Source of the DNA: Carcharhinus amblyrhynchos
Taxonomy: Eukaryota
Length of the DNA: 64,000 nucleotides
Assembly (NCBI GenBank): GCA_965287045.1
Contig: OZ336886.1
Span: 19,964,001-20,028,000 of the forward strand
Direction of reading: 5' to 3'
Numbering within the stretch: the stretch's first letter is position 1; each line of letters opens with the position of its first letter. The position numbers and the translations under genes were made by a program. Below the pieces are notes generated by a model, which searched no databases, was not told where the DNA came from, and worked only from the letters and a program-made list of their open reading frames with translations. Positions 63,111-64,000 of the stretch are shown in pieces.

Positions 63111-64000
63111 GTTCCAATGCTTAGAACACATCTATGGTCCTTGCAATACTAACCACAAACAAGCAATATTTTTGACAGAGGAAGTAAGGGGGAATTTGAG
63201 AAAAGGGGAAAGCTGTCAGAAACTCTAGAGCAAGATTTACAATCTTTCAGCACTTTCCAACTCATCAGGTCACTTCCAATGGGTTAGAAGCAGATGTGGA
63301 ATTTGAAGATAATCTGTTTGGGCTTCGCATTTCTTGAATTCCAAGAAATAAACATGGGGGTAGAAAGGGATGAAATAAGAACCTTCATTTCTCAAGGGAT
63401 TTGAGTGGTTTCCTGTAAAGATTTAAATGAATGCGGTGAATGCATGCAAGTCTTGTGCCAACAGGGGGAGACACATTCCAGGAAAGATTGAGTTACACTG
63501 ACAAACTTAGTAAATACACACCATCTGTACCAGCAGAGGGAAACCTACTCTTGTCTGCAATGTAATCTGTCCTTTTAAATATTGATTGTACGCAATGGAC
63601 TTGGTATAATACTTGCCAGATTTTTTTTAAAAGTCTATAATTGAGAAACATTTAGATATTAACTATTTCATTTAGTTAGCAACCTCCAATCATTAATATT
63701 TTTATTTGGATTAGGGAGATTGTTGTTAGAAATCAACAGCCTCATTACCTCTATTTATTAGAAGACAGTATCAATGTATTTTAACTAATGTCTTGTGCTG
63801 ACATGCATCTCAGTGACACCTAACATTATTAGATTTTAAAAATTAAATCAAACCCCCTCCAAAATAACATTTAAGTTTATACTGTTGATCAGTAGCCAGA
63901 GGAAGTCCAAAGCTTTAATGTTGCACTTAGTTGTGCAAATCCTTATTAAAGAGATCATTAATATAGTCCTTTTTCATACTGATCCGCATATGAACCAACA

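Noticed and set aside
60993-64000. Preceding INPP5A exon (VVHTHKPHFMALHCQEFGGK...)
   Set aside because: Not found by eye and presumably lies beyond the window end.

Overview
Eukaryotic, AT-rich, repeat-dense DNA, almost certainly from a shark or other elasmobranch (inferred from the HE1-type V-SINEs, Deu-domain SINE, CR1/HER1-type LINEs and Penelope-like fold-back repeats). The only confidently recognised coding sequence is one 88-bp minus-strand exon (60905-60992, ELLSSDEMKEYNRARVYLDENYKSQEHFT) of INPP5A, type I inositol 1,4,5-trisphosphate 5-phosphatase. I could not find the neighbouring exons, so the rest of the window is probably intron (>60 kb downstream, >3 kb upstream). That intron holds SINEs, CR1 and Rex1-type LINE fragments, decayed Harbinger transposons (HARBI1-like transposase and Myb/SANT partner), LTR-like elements and a ~57-copy 34-bp minisatellite. 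It also holds Penelope-like inverted repeats with hammerhead-ribozyme cores, including a 384-bp near-perfect palindrome. Three stop-free, splice-site-bounded minus-strand segments are unexplained candidate exons. Repeat boundaries are approximate and all family calls are by eye, without database searches.
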